A stretch of DNA of 64,000 nt, taken from positions 413,913 to 477,912 of the forward strand of contig NW_018405300.1 of the NCBI RefSeq assembly GCF_002113885.1. The letters are read 5' to 3'. A program made the translations under genes and the position numbers. Each line of letters starts with the position of its first letter. Position 1 is the first letter of the stretch. A model generated the notes under the pieces. That model worked only from the letters and a program-made list of their open reading frames with translations, made no database searches and was not told the DNA's origin. Source of the DNA: Mizuhopecten yessoensis. Its lineage: Eukaryota. Shown here one piece after another: positions 41,591-55,000 of the stretch.

Positions 41591-42487
41591 TAGGTTATGG
41601 AATTTCTTTTCTACCATAACCAATCAACATTAGTTTATTTATTCATTTTTTAAGGTCATGAGGTCAAAATACTAGGAAACATGTTCTGTAATAGCCACTG
41701 AAACTGCTCAATATGTTGACACATGTGCTTACAAAAAATCAATAGTTACACTTCGTAACACAATGGCCTAAGCATGATATACGTCTTAGGTTATGGTAGA
41801 ATTCAGAAATACTATGTGTTTATCTAACATCACAGATAAACAAGTTAATTGTCAGAATACATCCAGGAGTGTGTGTAGGTCTAGAGTGGATGTGTCTGCA
41901 CTATACACAAGTCCTGACATCAGATACGATGTGTGGTATTACTTTTATTACGTATTAAAATTTGTAGATTATAACTGTTGATCCTCCTGGAATAACGTGA
42001 CGTTTGATTCCCATCACTATAACCATAAGTGATAACGACTGCAAATAATGTCAATAATGGTTTCTAAATACAGTGTATAATGGGGAAAACATCTTTATTA
42101 CATTCATGTTCTGTTACACATGCTGGAAATGATATTTTCATGGGATGGAATATTCATAATACTGGTAAAGTTATAATGTAAATGGATTTGAACTTTGACA
42201 ATTCGTAATGCACAGAGAGGTATGAAAGTGTTCAAATAAAACAAGGTTGATTGTCAGTGTCTTGCGTATGTTTACATTTTACTTGTATATTTAGTTTTAG
42301 TTTAAAATGATTAAGTAGGTAAGCTTCTTGAATATATTTGTAAATTATATATAAAATGTATAAATATGTACATAAACATTGATACATATAAGCAGGTGTC
42401 CATTTGTATGTAAAATGTATAAAAATGTACATAAAATTTTGGTAAAACTATGACAATTGTGTTATAATTTTGGCACTGAAATGTACT

Positions 42488-43040
42488 AGATCTGTAGGTA
42501 AAATAATGTCTACAGTAACAGATTCCAGATCTGTAGTTAAAATAATGTCTACAGTTGCAAACAGATTCCAGATCTGTAGTTAAAATAATGTCTACAATAA
42601 CAGAGTCCAGATCTGTAGGTAAAATAATATCTACAGTAGCAAACAGATTCCAGATCTGTAGTTAAAATAATGTCTACAGTAACAGATTCCAGATCTGTAG
42701 TTAAAATCATGGCTACAGTAACGAACAGATTCCAGATCTGTAGTTAAAATAATGTCTACAGTAACAGAGTCCAGATCTGTAGTTAAAATAATGTCTACAG
42801 TAGCAAACAGAGTCCAGATCTGTAGTTAAAATAATGTCTACAGTAGCAAACAGATTCCAGATCTGTAGTTAAAATAATATCTACTCTAGCGGACAAATGC
42901 AAGATCTGGAGTTGAAATAATATCGACAGTAGCTGAGACCAAATCTGTAGGTAAAATGATATCAATAGTACCAGTCTGAGTCCAGATCTGAAGGAAATAT
43001 AATGTTTGTTGTAACAGATTCCAGATCTGTAGGTAAAACA
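42488..43040. repeat. 39/43-bp tandem array (x~13) immediately 3' of the SGSH stop codon
   Basis: Unit cagattccagatctgtagttaaaataatgtctacagta(gca)a; degenerates toward the stop codon. Confidence 0.9.
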
Positions 43041-43068
43041 ACCCTGTACTACACAATTAGTCACACCC

Positions 43069-46000
43069 TCATAGTCCGTTGTACATACTATAACACTGTG
43101 GGTGATACTTATGTGGCCCTACATCCTGCAAAACACCCGAGGGTGAACAAATCCAGGGGTCAAAGGTTATATTCTGCCACATATTCAATTGGTTCTGCAG
43201 CTGATGATAAACCTTTGAGTGACTTGGATCACGAGCTAAATTGTGGAGTTCCTGTGGGTCAGTAACTATGTTGAAGAGTTCCCACTGGTCCCTGTAGTAG
43301 TAGTTGTGGAGAGTTTTGTACCAGTGTGTTTCCTTTCCCTGCTGTGTTCTGTTCAGCAGATCTTGGAATGTCCTTGAAACAAAAAAATCCTGATCTATCA
43401 TGAATGGCATTTGAAAGTTAATATTTTGAATGAGCTTGTATTGTTTGTTTCTTACCACCCTCATAGGGTAGTACATTGTCACCTCGTGGAGGCTGTGACT
43501 GGCATATACAGTATCCCAAGATTCCTTTGGTTCCTCCTTAAGCAAAGGGAGTAAAGACTTGCCGGTCAAGGTCACAGCATTTTTGAGGATCTTGTAGTGA
43601 GGATATTTGACACCAAACCAGTCCAGTACTGTAGGGAGAATGTCCACATGGCTCAACATAGCATCACTTTTCTGAAATTTCAAAGGTATTCTTAAACACC
43701 AGTACTGCCTTCCCAATATTCTAAATCACCAGTACTGCCTTCCCAATATTCTAATCACCAGTACTGCCTTCCCAATATTCTTAAACACCAGTACTGCCTT
43801 CCCAATATTCTAAAACACCAGTACTGCCTTCCCAATATTCTAAAACACCAGTACTGCCTTCCCAATATTCTAAAACACCAGTACTGCCTTCCCAATATTC
43901 TAAATCACCAGTACTGCCTTCCCAATATTCTAAATCACCAGTACTGCCTTCCCAATATTCTAAATCACCAGTACTGCCTTCCCAATATTCTAAATCACCA
44001 GTACTGCCTTCCCAATATTCTAAATCACCAGTACTGCCTTCCCAATATTCTAAATCACCAGTACTGCCTTCCCAATATTCTAAATCACCAGTACTGCCTT
44101 CCCAATATTCTTATCACCAGTACTGCCTTCCCAATATTCTAAAACACCAGTACTGCCTTCCCAATATTCTAAAACACCAGTACTACCTTCCCAATATTCT
44201 AAAACACCAGTACTGCCTTCCCAATGTTCTAAAATACCAGTACTGCCTTCCCAAGACACATGTATGTATTACAAGTTTAGTGAATACAGCTGAAGTAGCA
44301 ACAAAGTTATGCTGTCGAAAATCTTTGGCATAAAAATAAACAAAGGGCCATAACTCTGTATGGGACGAGCACAAGACCAAAATTCAGCATGTGACATTTC
44401 ACCTTCTCAACCTACATAATTATAGAAAGTTCAGTGAATGTAGGCGAAAGAACAAAGAAGTAATGTTAAAGACAAACTTTGTTAAAAGACAAACTTTGGT
44501 GTAAAAAACAGAACAAAGGGCAATAACTGCATATGATGGGACAGGAGACCTGATTTTGGTATGCATAACTCTGTCTTACCACAACACATAAGTAGAGCAA
44601 GTTCAGTGAATATGGGTGTAATAGCAAGGAAAAAAATAGCTTTTTGTTTTTAAACAAACCATTTTCCTCAGGTTGAAATTATATTTATCCACCATTACAA
44701 TTGGGAAAATACAGTTCAAATTTATATTTCAGGGAAAAAGCCTGCATTACGTCATAAGTACTACAAAATCACTATTCAGGAATATTTTTTGTGCCACTTG
44801 AATGTTGAAGAGGAATATTGTGAAAGCAACCAAGGATATGAACGACAGAACTTTATCTGTTATTATACTGGATTAAATTTGCCAAGACTCCCCATTTTAT
44901 GTTTCCGTGTCATTACTTTCTGTTATCATATTTGTTTATAAATAAAATAATTTAAATGACAATCTCAACCTGGTAAAACTTTATGTGTTCATGAGAAATA
45001 TTTAGTTCATTAATACTACCCACCTGTCCCAAGCGCTTCCTATGGTATGGTGAGGACATAATGAATGGTTCAGCCAAACCTGAGTCATACAAATTGGTGC
45101 GGCCATTGGGGAAAGGTATGCCATTGTCGGAGGAGTACATGACGAGAGTGTCATCTGCATGGCCTGCCAACTCTAGCTCCTTCAGTATAAGACCTATACC
45201 TTGAGGCACAAAAAAGATACAATGATGTTTATGCTCCAGGGAAGATACATCGTTTACTACAATGCTCTCTTCATGGCCTGCTGCCTCTACGTCGTTCAGT
45301 ACAACTTTCTCTCACAAAGCACTGTAAACCACTTTATTTTTATGAGGACTTTAATTTGCAAACTAAGCCTGTAGCTTTTATCTGCAAATGCTTGAATTTT
45401 TGATTGGGATGAAGCTATCATAATATTGATATTACTTATCTATAGAACTAATATGTGTTGAATATTTAAATCAAAAGAGTTGTATTGCCATTTTGATGCA
45501 AAAATAATCTCTCATAGAAAAAAGTGATTCATAGTATGTGTGTAGGAGAGCAAGTAATTTGTTAGATTGTTGTCTACAAATCCTGCTCTTATTAATTCAG
45601 TACTAGGCCTGGACATTTCAGTATAAAGTGACTTAGCATTAAATGTTTAGAAGGTTAACAGTGTGATGAAAACAAATTTCTGAAGTCTCTTTTTGTCATA
45701 TTTGAAGATGTAAAGACATACAAATCTGATGAGAATTTTCAAATAAAACTTTAAAATCAAAGAGGACCTTGATCTGAACGTCTCTCAATTCTTCTAAACC
45801 CTAACTGGGACGTCGGTTAGATAGAGATTTCCCATTGAGTAATGACTGGTTATCATGTTTATCTAACTTGAGATAGTTAATTTTCAAATTGTATGAAGAC
45901 ATGAGGTTTATAAAGAGTCTTTTACAATTTGAGAATTAACTTACACGTTTCTGTTGGAAAATACACTTAGATGAATTTGCAAAGAACTGTTGCACGACGT

Positions 46001-49000
46001 TATAATGAAAAGATTGACCAATGAAATGATGTACAGGGTGTCACCCACTAGTAGGTAACCAAAAATGTTTACAAACTACTAGCCGGTTTATTCAATGAGT
46101 CATTAGTGAGCTGTGGGTAAATTTTTTGATACTTTAGAGCACAAAGTCTATCTTGCTTAACATGCCGAATTAATGCTGTGCGTACCCCACATTGTATACA
46201 TATGGTATGCATGGAGTCCTAATAAATTCTGCTCAAGGCTGTATACAAAGACATAAGAATCCTAATAGTTTACCTTGGTCCATACGGTTTATGGTGGTGT
46301 ACTGGGCAGCAATGTCCAGTCTGGCAGCAGGAGTGTCCTGGACAAAATAGGGAACAACCACAGATGCAGGATCAAAAAAGACTGGATTCCAATCAGGCAT
46401 GGTCCCATCAGCACCGAACTTCTCACAGAACTGTCCGTACTGGGGATGGGTGTGACCACATCGATGGGGGTCGTGGAATGCCACATACAGAAAGAAAGGA
46501 CTGGAATATAGATTAGAAAATACAGCAAACTAAATGCGATGAAATTCAATAATGTAGAGGTGGAGCTGGGTTGGTGGGTGGAGGTGGGAGAGGGAACTGA
46601 TTTTGTGGGTGGAGGTGGGAGAGGGATCTGATTTTGTGGATGGAGGTGGGAGAGGGAACTGATTTTGTAGGTGGAGGGGGGAGAGGGGACTGATTTTGTG
46701 GGTGGAGGTGGGGGAGGGAACTGATTTTGTGGGTGGGGGTGGGAGAGGGAACTGATTTTGTGGGTGAAGGTGGGAGTGGGAACTGATTTTGTGGGTGGAG
46801 GAGGGAGAGGGAACTGATTTTGTCGGTGGAGGTGGGAGAGGGAACTGATTTTGTAGGTGGGGGTGGGAGAGGGAACTGATTTTGTGGGTGAAGGGGGGAG
46901 GGGGAACTGATTTTGTGGGTGGAGGTGGGAGAGGGAACTGGTTTTGTGGGTGGAGGTGGGGGAGGGAACTGATTTTGTAGGTGGAGGTGGGAGAGGGAAC
47001 TGATTTTGTGGGTGGAGGTTGGGAATGGGACTGACTTTGTGGGTGGAGGTTGGGAATGGGACTGACTTCGTGGGAGGGCCTGGGGGTGGAACTGGCACAG
47101 TGGGTGAAGGTGGGAGATGGAACTTGCTTAGTGGGTGGAGGTGGGAGATGGGACTGATTTTGTGGGTGGAGATGGGGGATGGGTTTGGCCTGGTGGGAGG
47201 GGCTGTGGGACAGAAGTGGCTTGGTCAGTATGGGTAGGGGATGGGGGGAGATTTTTGGGACTGGTTTGGTGGGTGCAAAGTTACGTTTGAACTAGTGGAG
47301 TTTTCTAATTGTTTTTCTAACTTCAATATTAACAAAATATTTCAATGTCCATGTATATGCTTTAATTGGGCACATAATATAAACGAAGCTCATTTCCATT
47401 CTATCGCACTATTGTGAAACTAATGCTTGTTTTGCAAAAATCATATCTAATAGAATCTTGTTTGACATCCTCTATATGGTGCAAAAGTGGTAAATAGTGT
47501 GATAACATTTAGAGTGCAAAAGTTGTAATTACAAAATGAGACACATTTTAAACTATACCAGTTACTGGTATATTAATATATCCTGCCTAACATCCTTCAA
47601 CTGAAGGCATATAGATTGTTGTTGTGTGCGGTCACATGTTTTAACAATACATGTGATCTATATCAATGGACACACAAATTGTATTACACCATAAATTTTA
47701 CCATTAATTTATGGTGACACCAGTTTCTTTAATTATCTCCCTTGATATATCACCAAACAGCCAAAATGTGAATTAATAAATTGATAACTTTACATTTGGT
47801 GGTCATGTGGGGAAGCTCTCACCTGGAAGAATTTTGACGCAGAAACTCACGCACATGTTGACGAATGAAGGTGATGTTTCTTCCTGTTTGCAGAATACTG
47901 TGGCCATCAAGTTCAGTTACGGAATAATCAAATGGGTATACTGACTCAGGACCCAGATTCTTCTTACCAATTATACCTGGTAAAGGGTAACAAAGTGAAG
48001 TTAAACATATAAAGCTAATAACCTTCTTAAAGTTTAAACATGCAAGTGGCCTCCATACCTCACCCCAACAACCTGTCAACCAGTATTCACACCTGTCCAG
48101 TCTCTGCTCCTTGTTTTACCTGTCCCGACCCTCTCTCCTGTTCTACCTGTTCTGACCCCTCTCTCCTGTCTAACCTGTTCCGACCCTCTCTCCTGTCTTA
48201 CCTGTTCCGACCCTCTCTCCTGTCTTACCTGTCCTGACCCTCTCTCCTGTCTAACCTGTTCCGACCCTCTCTCCTGTCTTACCTGTTCCGACCCTCTCTC
48301 CTGTCTTACCTGTCCTGACCCTCTCTTCTGTCTAACCTGTACTGACCCTCTCTTCTGTCTTACCTGTCCTGGCCCTCTCTTCTGTCTTACCTGTCCTGAC
48401 CCTCTCTTCTGTCTTACCTGTCCTGACCCTCTCTCCTGTCTTACCTCTCCTCACTCGCTCTTCTGTCTAACCTGCCCCAATCCTCTCTTCTGTCTAACCT
48501 GTCCTGACCCTCTCTCCTGTCTTACCTGTCCCCACCCTCTCTTCCGTCTAACCTGACCTGACTCTCTCTCCTGTCTAACCTGTCCTGACCCTCGCTTCTG
48601 TCTTACCTGTCCTGACCCTCTCTTCTGTCTAACCTGTCCTGACCCTCTCTCCTGTCTAACCTGTCCTGACCCTCTCTCCTGGCTAACCTGTCCTGACCCT
48701 CTCTCCTGTCTAACCTGTCCTGACCCTCGCTTCTGTCTTACCTGTCCTGACCCTCGCTTCTGTCTTACCTGTCCTGACCCTCTCTTCTGTCTTACCTGTC
48801 CTGACCCTCTCTTCTGTCTTACCTGTTTTGACCCTCTCTCTTGTCTTACCTGTTCGGACACCTGCCCCTTTTAATAGTGATGGCAGGCTTCTGACGTCCT
48901 CAAACGACTGAAAGTGGTGGTAGCCATTGAACAGCCCGTACATTCCATTCTGGTGCTGTGGTAATCCTGACAACACCACTGACCTGTAAACATTTTCCCA

Positions 49001-52000
49001 TTATCAACTGTATTTTATAAAACAAGTACACTCCCCTACCCCAGTATGTTATTTATTGTTAATTAGATTTATTGTTTACCTAATATTTCTTAATAATGAA
49101 GTCATCTAGTGCTGATTCTTCCATCTATCGCCCTATTATGGAATGCTGATAAAAATCAAGAAATGTTTTTTTGGCAATATGTTAAATGCTTACAGGTATA
49201 TTAGAAAGCTGTCCTACATCCTACATCACTATTTACAATATACCTAGAATATGCTTTTCTCATATGTCTATCATATCATAAAAATGTATGTTACAAATCT
49301 AGAGAATGTTGATTGAATGACTTACATTGGAAATTGATATGTGCATGTCAATACTGATTTCAGATCCAATAACAAAACAATAACAGGTTTTTCACTTGCT
49401 CAGTATGCTTCCATATTTTCCATCTACTGCTTTAATTATATATGTATACCTGCTTGGTGAACAACTGCTGACAGATGTAAAAGCGTTGTTAAAAACCAAA
49501 CTCCTCTCTGCTAACTTGTTCAGGTTTGGTGTCTTACATATTTCATTGTTGTACACCTGTGTCTCAAATCCAGCATCATCCCCTAAAAAAGAAATATACA
49601 AATCTAGGGGATGATCCTGGATTTGTATAATTCTGTTTAAGAGGATGAAAATCCATCATCATCCCCTGTACAGATTTATACAAATCCAGCATCATCCCCT
49701 AAACCAGATTTATACGAATTCAGCATCATCCCCTGTACAGATTATACAAATCCAGCATCATCCCCTGTACAGATTTATACAAATCCGGCATCATCCCCTG
49801 TACAGATTTATACAAATCAATCATCATGCCCTGTACAGATTTATACAAATCCAGCATCATCCCCCGGTCAAATTTATACAAATCCAGCATCATCCCCTGT
49901 AAAGATTTATACAAATCCAGCATCATCCCCTAAACCAGATTTATACGAATTCAGGATCATCCCCTGTACAGATTATACAAATCCAGCATCATCCCCTGTA
50001 CAGCTTTATACAAATCCAGCATCATCCCCTGTACAAATTTATACAAATCCAGCATCATCCCCTGTAAAGATTTATACAAATCCAGCATCATCCCCTAAAC
50101 CAGATTTATACAAATCTATCATCATCCCCTGTACAGATTTATACAAATCTATCATCATCCCCTTTACAGATTTATACAAATCCAGCATCATCCCCTAAAC
50201 CAGATTTATATGAATTCAGCATCATCCCCTGTACAGATTATACAAATACAGCATCATCCCCTGTACAGATTTATACAAATCTATCATCATCCCCTGTACA
50301 GATTTATACAAATCTATCATCATCCCCTAAAACAGATTTATACAAATCTATCATCATCCCCTTTACAGATTTATACAAATCCAGCATCATCCCCCGGTCA
50401 AATTTATACAAATCCAGCATCATCCCCTGTAAAGATTTATACAAATCCAGCATCATCCCCTAAACCAGATTTATACAAATCTATCATCATCCCCTGTACA
50501 GATTTATACAAATCAATCATCATTCCCTGTACAGATTTATACAAATCCAGCATCATCCTCTAAACCAGATTTATACAAATCCAGCATCATCCCCTGCACA
50601 GATTTATACAAATCCAGCATCATCCCCTGTACAGATTGATACCAATCAATCATCATCCCCTAAAACAGATTTATACAAATGCAGCATCATCCCCTGTACA
50701 GATTTATACAAATCAATCATCATTCCCTGTACAGATTTATACAAATCCAGCATCATCCCCTGTACAGCTTTATACAAATCCAGCATCATCCCCTGTACAA
50801 ATTTATACAAATCCAGCATCATCCCCTGTACAGAATGATACCAATCAATCATCATCCCCTAAAACAGATTTATACAAATCCGGCATCATCCCCTGTACAG
50901 ATTTATACAAATCTATCATCATCCCCTGTACAGATTTATACAAATCTATCATCATCCCCTAAACCAGATTTATACAAATCTAGCATCATCCCCTAAAACA
51001 GATTTATACAAATCCAGCATCATCCCCTGTACTGATTGATGCAAATCCAGCATCATCTCCTGTACAGATTTATACAAATCCAGCATCATACCCTAAAACA
51101 GATTTATACAAATCTATCATCATCCCCTGTACAGATTTATACAAATCCAGCATCATCCCCTGTACAGATTTATACAAATCCAGCATCATCCCCTGTACAG
51201 ATTTATACAAATCCATCATCATCCCCTGTACAGATTTATACAAATCCAGCATCATCCCCTGTACAGATTTATACAAATCCAGCATCATCCCCTGTACAGA
51301 TTTATACAAATCCAGCATCATCCCCTGTACAGATTTATACAAATCCAGCATCATCCCCTGTACAGATTTATACAAATCCAGCATCATCCCCTGTACAGAT
51401 TTATACAAATCCAGCATCATCCCCTGTACAGATTTATACAAATCCAGCATCATCCCCTGTACAGATTTATACAAATCCAGCATCATCCCCTGTACAGATT
51501 TATACAAATCCAGCATCATCCCCTGTACAGATTTATACAAATCCAGCATCATCCCCTGTACAGATTTATACAAATCCAGCATCATCCCCTGTACAGATTT
51601 ATACAAATCCAGCATCATCCCCTGTACAGATTTATACAAATCCAGCATCATCCCCTGTACAGATTTATACAAATCCAGCATCATCCCCTGTACAGATTTA
51701 TACAAATCCAGCATCATCCCCTGTACAGATTTATACAAATCCAGCATCATCCCCTGTACAGATTTATACAAATCCAGCATCATCCCCTGTACAGATTTAT
51801 ACAAATCCAGCATCATCCCCTGTACAGATTTATACAAATCCAGCATCATCCCCTGTACAGATTTATACAAATCCAGCATCATCCCCTGTACAGATTTATA
51901 CAAATCCAGCATCATCCCCTGTACAGATTTATACAAATCCAGCATCATCCCCTGTACAGATTTATACAAATCCAGCATCATCCCCTGTACAGATTTATAC

Positions 52001-55000
52001 AAATCCAGCATCATCCCCTGTACAGATTTATACAAATCCAGCATCATCCCCTGTACAGATTTATACAAATCCAGCATCATCCCCTGTACAGATTTATACA
52101 AATCCAGCATCATCCCCTGTACAGATTTATACAAATCCAGCATCATCCCCTGTACAGATTTATACAAATCCAGCATCATCCCCTGTACAGATTTATACAA
52201 ATCCAGCATCATCCCCTGTACAGATTTATACAAATCCAGCATCATCCCCTGTACAGATTTATACAAATCCAGCATCATCCCCTGTACAGATTTATACAAA
52301 TCCAGCATCATCCCCTGTACAGATTTATACAAATCCAGCATCATCCCCTGTACAGATTTATACAAATCCAGCATCATCCCCTGTACAGATTTATACAAAT
52401 CCAGCATCATCCCCTGTACAGATTTATACAAATCCAGCATCATCCCCTGTACAGATTTATACAAATCCAGCATCATCCCCTGTACAGATTTATACAAATC
52501 CAGCATCATCCCCTGTACAGATTTATACAAATCCAGCATCATCCCCTGTACAGATTTATACAAATCCAGCATCATCCCCTGTACAGATTTATACAAATCC
52601 AGCATCATCCCCTGTACAGATTTATACAAATCCAGCATCATCCCCTGTACAGATTTATACAAATCCAGCATCATCCCCTGTACAGATTTATACAAATCCA
52701 GCATCATCCCCTGTACAGATTTATACAAATCCAGCATCATCCCCTGTACAGATTTATACAAATCCAGCATCATCCCCTGTACAGATTTATACAAATCCAG
52801 CATCATCCCCTGTACAGATTTATACAAATCCAGCATCATCCCCTGTACAGATTTATACAAATCCAGCATCATCCCCTGTACAGATTTATACAAATCCAGC
52901 ATCATCCCCTGTACAGATTTATACAAATCCAGCATCATCCCCTGTACAGATTTATACAAATCCAGCATCATCCCCTGTACAGATTTATACAAATCCAGCA
53001 TCATCCCCTGTACAGATTTATACAAATCCAGCATCATCCCCTGTACAGATTTATACAAATCCAGCATCATCCCCTGTACAGATTTATACAAATCCAGCAT
53101 CATCCCCTGTACAGATTTATACAAATCCAGCATCATCCCCTGTACAGATTTATACAAATCCAGCATCATCCCCTGTACAGATTTATACAAATCCAGCATC
53201 ATCCCCTGTACAGATTTATACAAATCCAGCATCATCCCCTGTACAGATTTATACAAATCCAGCATCATCCCCTGTACAGATTTATACAAATCCAGCATCA
53301 TCCCCTGTACAGATTTATACAAATCCAGCATCATCCCCTGTACAGATTTATACAAATCCAGCATCATCCCCTGTACAGATTTATACAAATCCAGCATCAT
53401 CCCCTGTACAGATTTATACAAATCCAGCATCATCCCCTGTACAGATTTATACAAATCCAGCATCATCCCCTGTACAGATTTATACAAATCCAGCATCATC
53501 CCCTGTACAGATTTATACAAATCCAGCATCATCCCCTGTACAGATTTATACAAATCCAGCATCATCCCCTGTACAGATTTATACAAATCCAGCATCATCC
53601 CCTGTACAGATTTATACAAATCCAGCATCATCCCCTGTACAGATTTATACAAATCCAGCATCATCCCCTGTACAGATTTATACAAATCCAGCATCATCCC
53701 CTGTACAGATTTATACAAATCCAGCATCATCCCCTGTACAGATTTATACAAATCCAGCATCATCCCCTGTACAGATTTATACAAATCCAGCATCATCCCC
53801 TGTACAGATTTATACAAATCCAGCATCATCCCCTGTACAGATTTATACAAATCCAGCATCATCCCCTGTACAGATTTATACAAATCCAGCATCATCCCCT
53901 GTACAGATTTATACAAATCCAGCATCATCCCCTGTACAGATTTATACAAATCCAGCATCATCCCCTGTACAGATTTATACAAATCCAGCATCATCCCCTG
54001 TACAGATTTATACAAATCCAGCATCATCCCCTGTACAGATTTATACAAATCCAGCATCATCCCCTGTACAGATTTATACAAATCCAGCATCATCCCCTGT
54101 ACAGATTTATACAAATCCAGCATCATCCCCTGTACAGATTTATACAAATCCAGCATCATCCCCTGTACAGATTTATACAAATCCAGCATCATCCCCTGTA
54201 CAGATTTATACAAATCTATCATCATCCCCTGTACAGATTTATACAAATCCATCATCATCCCCTAAAACAGATTCNNNNNNNNNNNNNNNNNNNNNNNNNN
54301 NNNNNNNNNNNNNNNNNNNNNNNNNNNNNNNNNNNNNNNNNNNNNNNNNNNNNNNNNNNNNNNNNNNNNNNAACAGATTTATACAAATCTATCATCATCC
54401 CCTGTACAGATTTATACAATTCATCAGCATCCCCTGTACAGATTTATACAAATCCAGCATCATTCCCTGTACAGCTTTATACAAATCTATCATCATCTCC
54501 TGTACAGATTTATACAAATCCAGCATCATTCCCTGTACAGATTTATACAAATCCAGCATCATCCCCTGTACAGATTTATACAAATCTATCATCATCCCCT
54601 GTACAGATTTATACAAATCCAGCATTATCCCCTAAAACAGATTTATACAAATGCAGCATCATCCTTCAAAACAGATTTATACAAATCCAGCATCATCTCC
54701 TGTACAGATTGATACAAATCCAGCATCATCTCCTGTACAGATTTATACAAATCCAGCATCATACCCTAAAACAGATTTATACGAATCCAGCATCATCCCC
54801 TGTACAGATTTATACAAATCCAGCATCATACCCTGTACAAATTTATACAAATCCAGCATCATCCCCTGTACAGATTTATACAAATACTGCATCATCCCCT
54901 AAACCAGATTTATACAAATCTATCATCATCCCCTGTACAGATTTATACAAATCTATCATCATCCCCTAAAACAGATTTATACAAATGCAGCATCATCCCC

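Noticed and set aside
46289-47098. 269-aa Pro-rich extensin-like ORF
   Set aside because: It is the translation of the intronic 31-bp array running out of frame into SGSH exon 5.
51036-54635. 1199-aa (+) and 1062-aa (-) ORFs of 11-aa repeats
   Set aside because: They arise from a stop-free frame of the 33-bp intronic array. There is no unique sequence, and the unit derives from the SGSH exon 2 junction.
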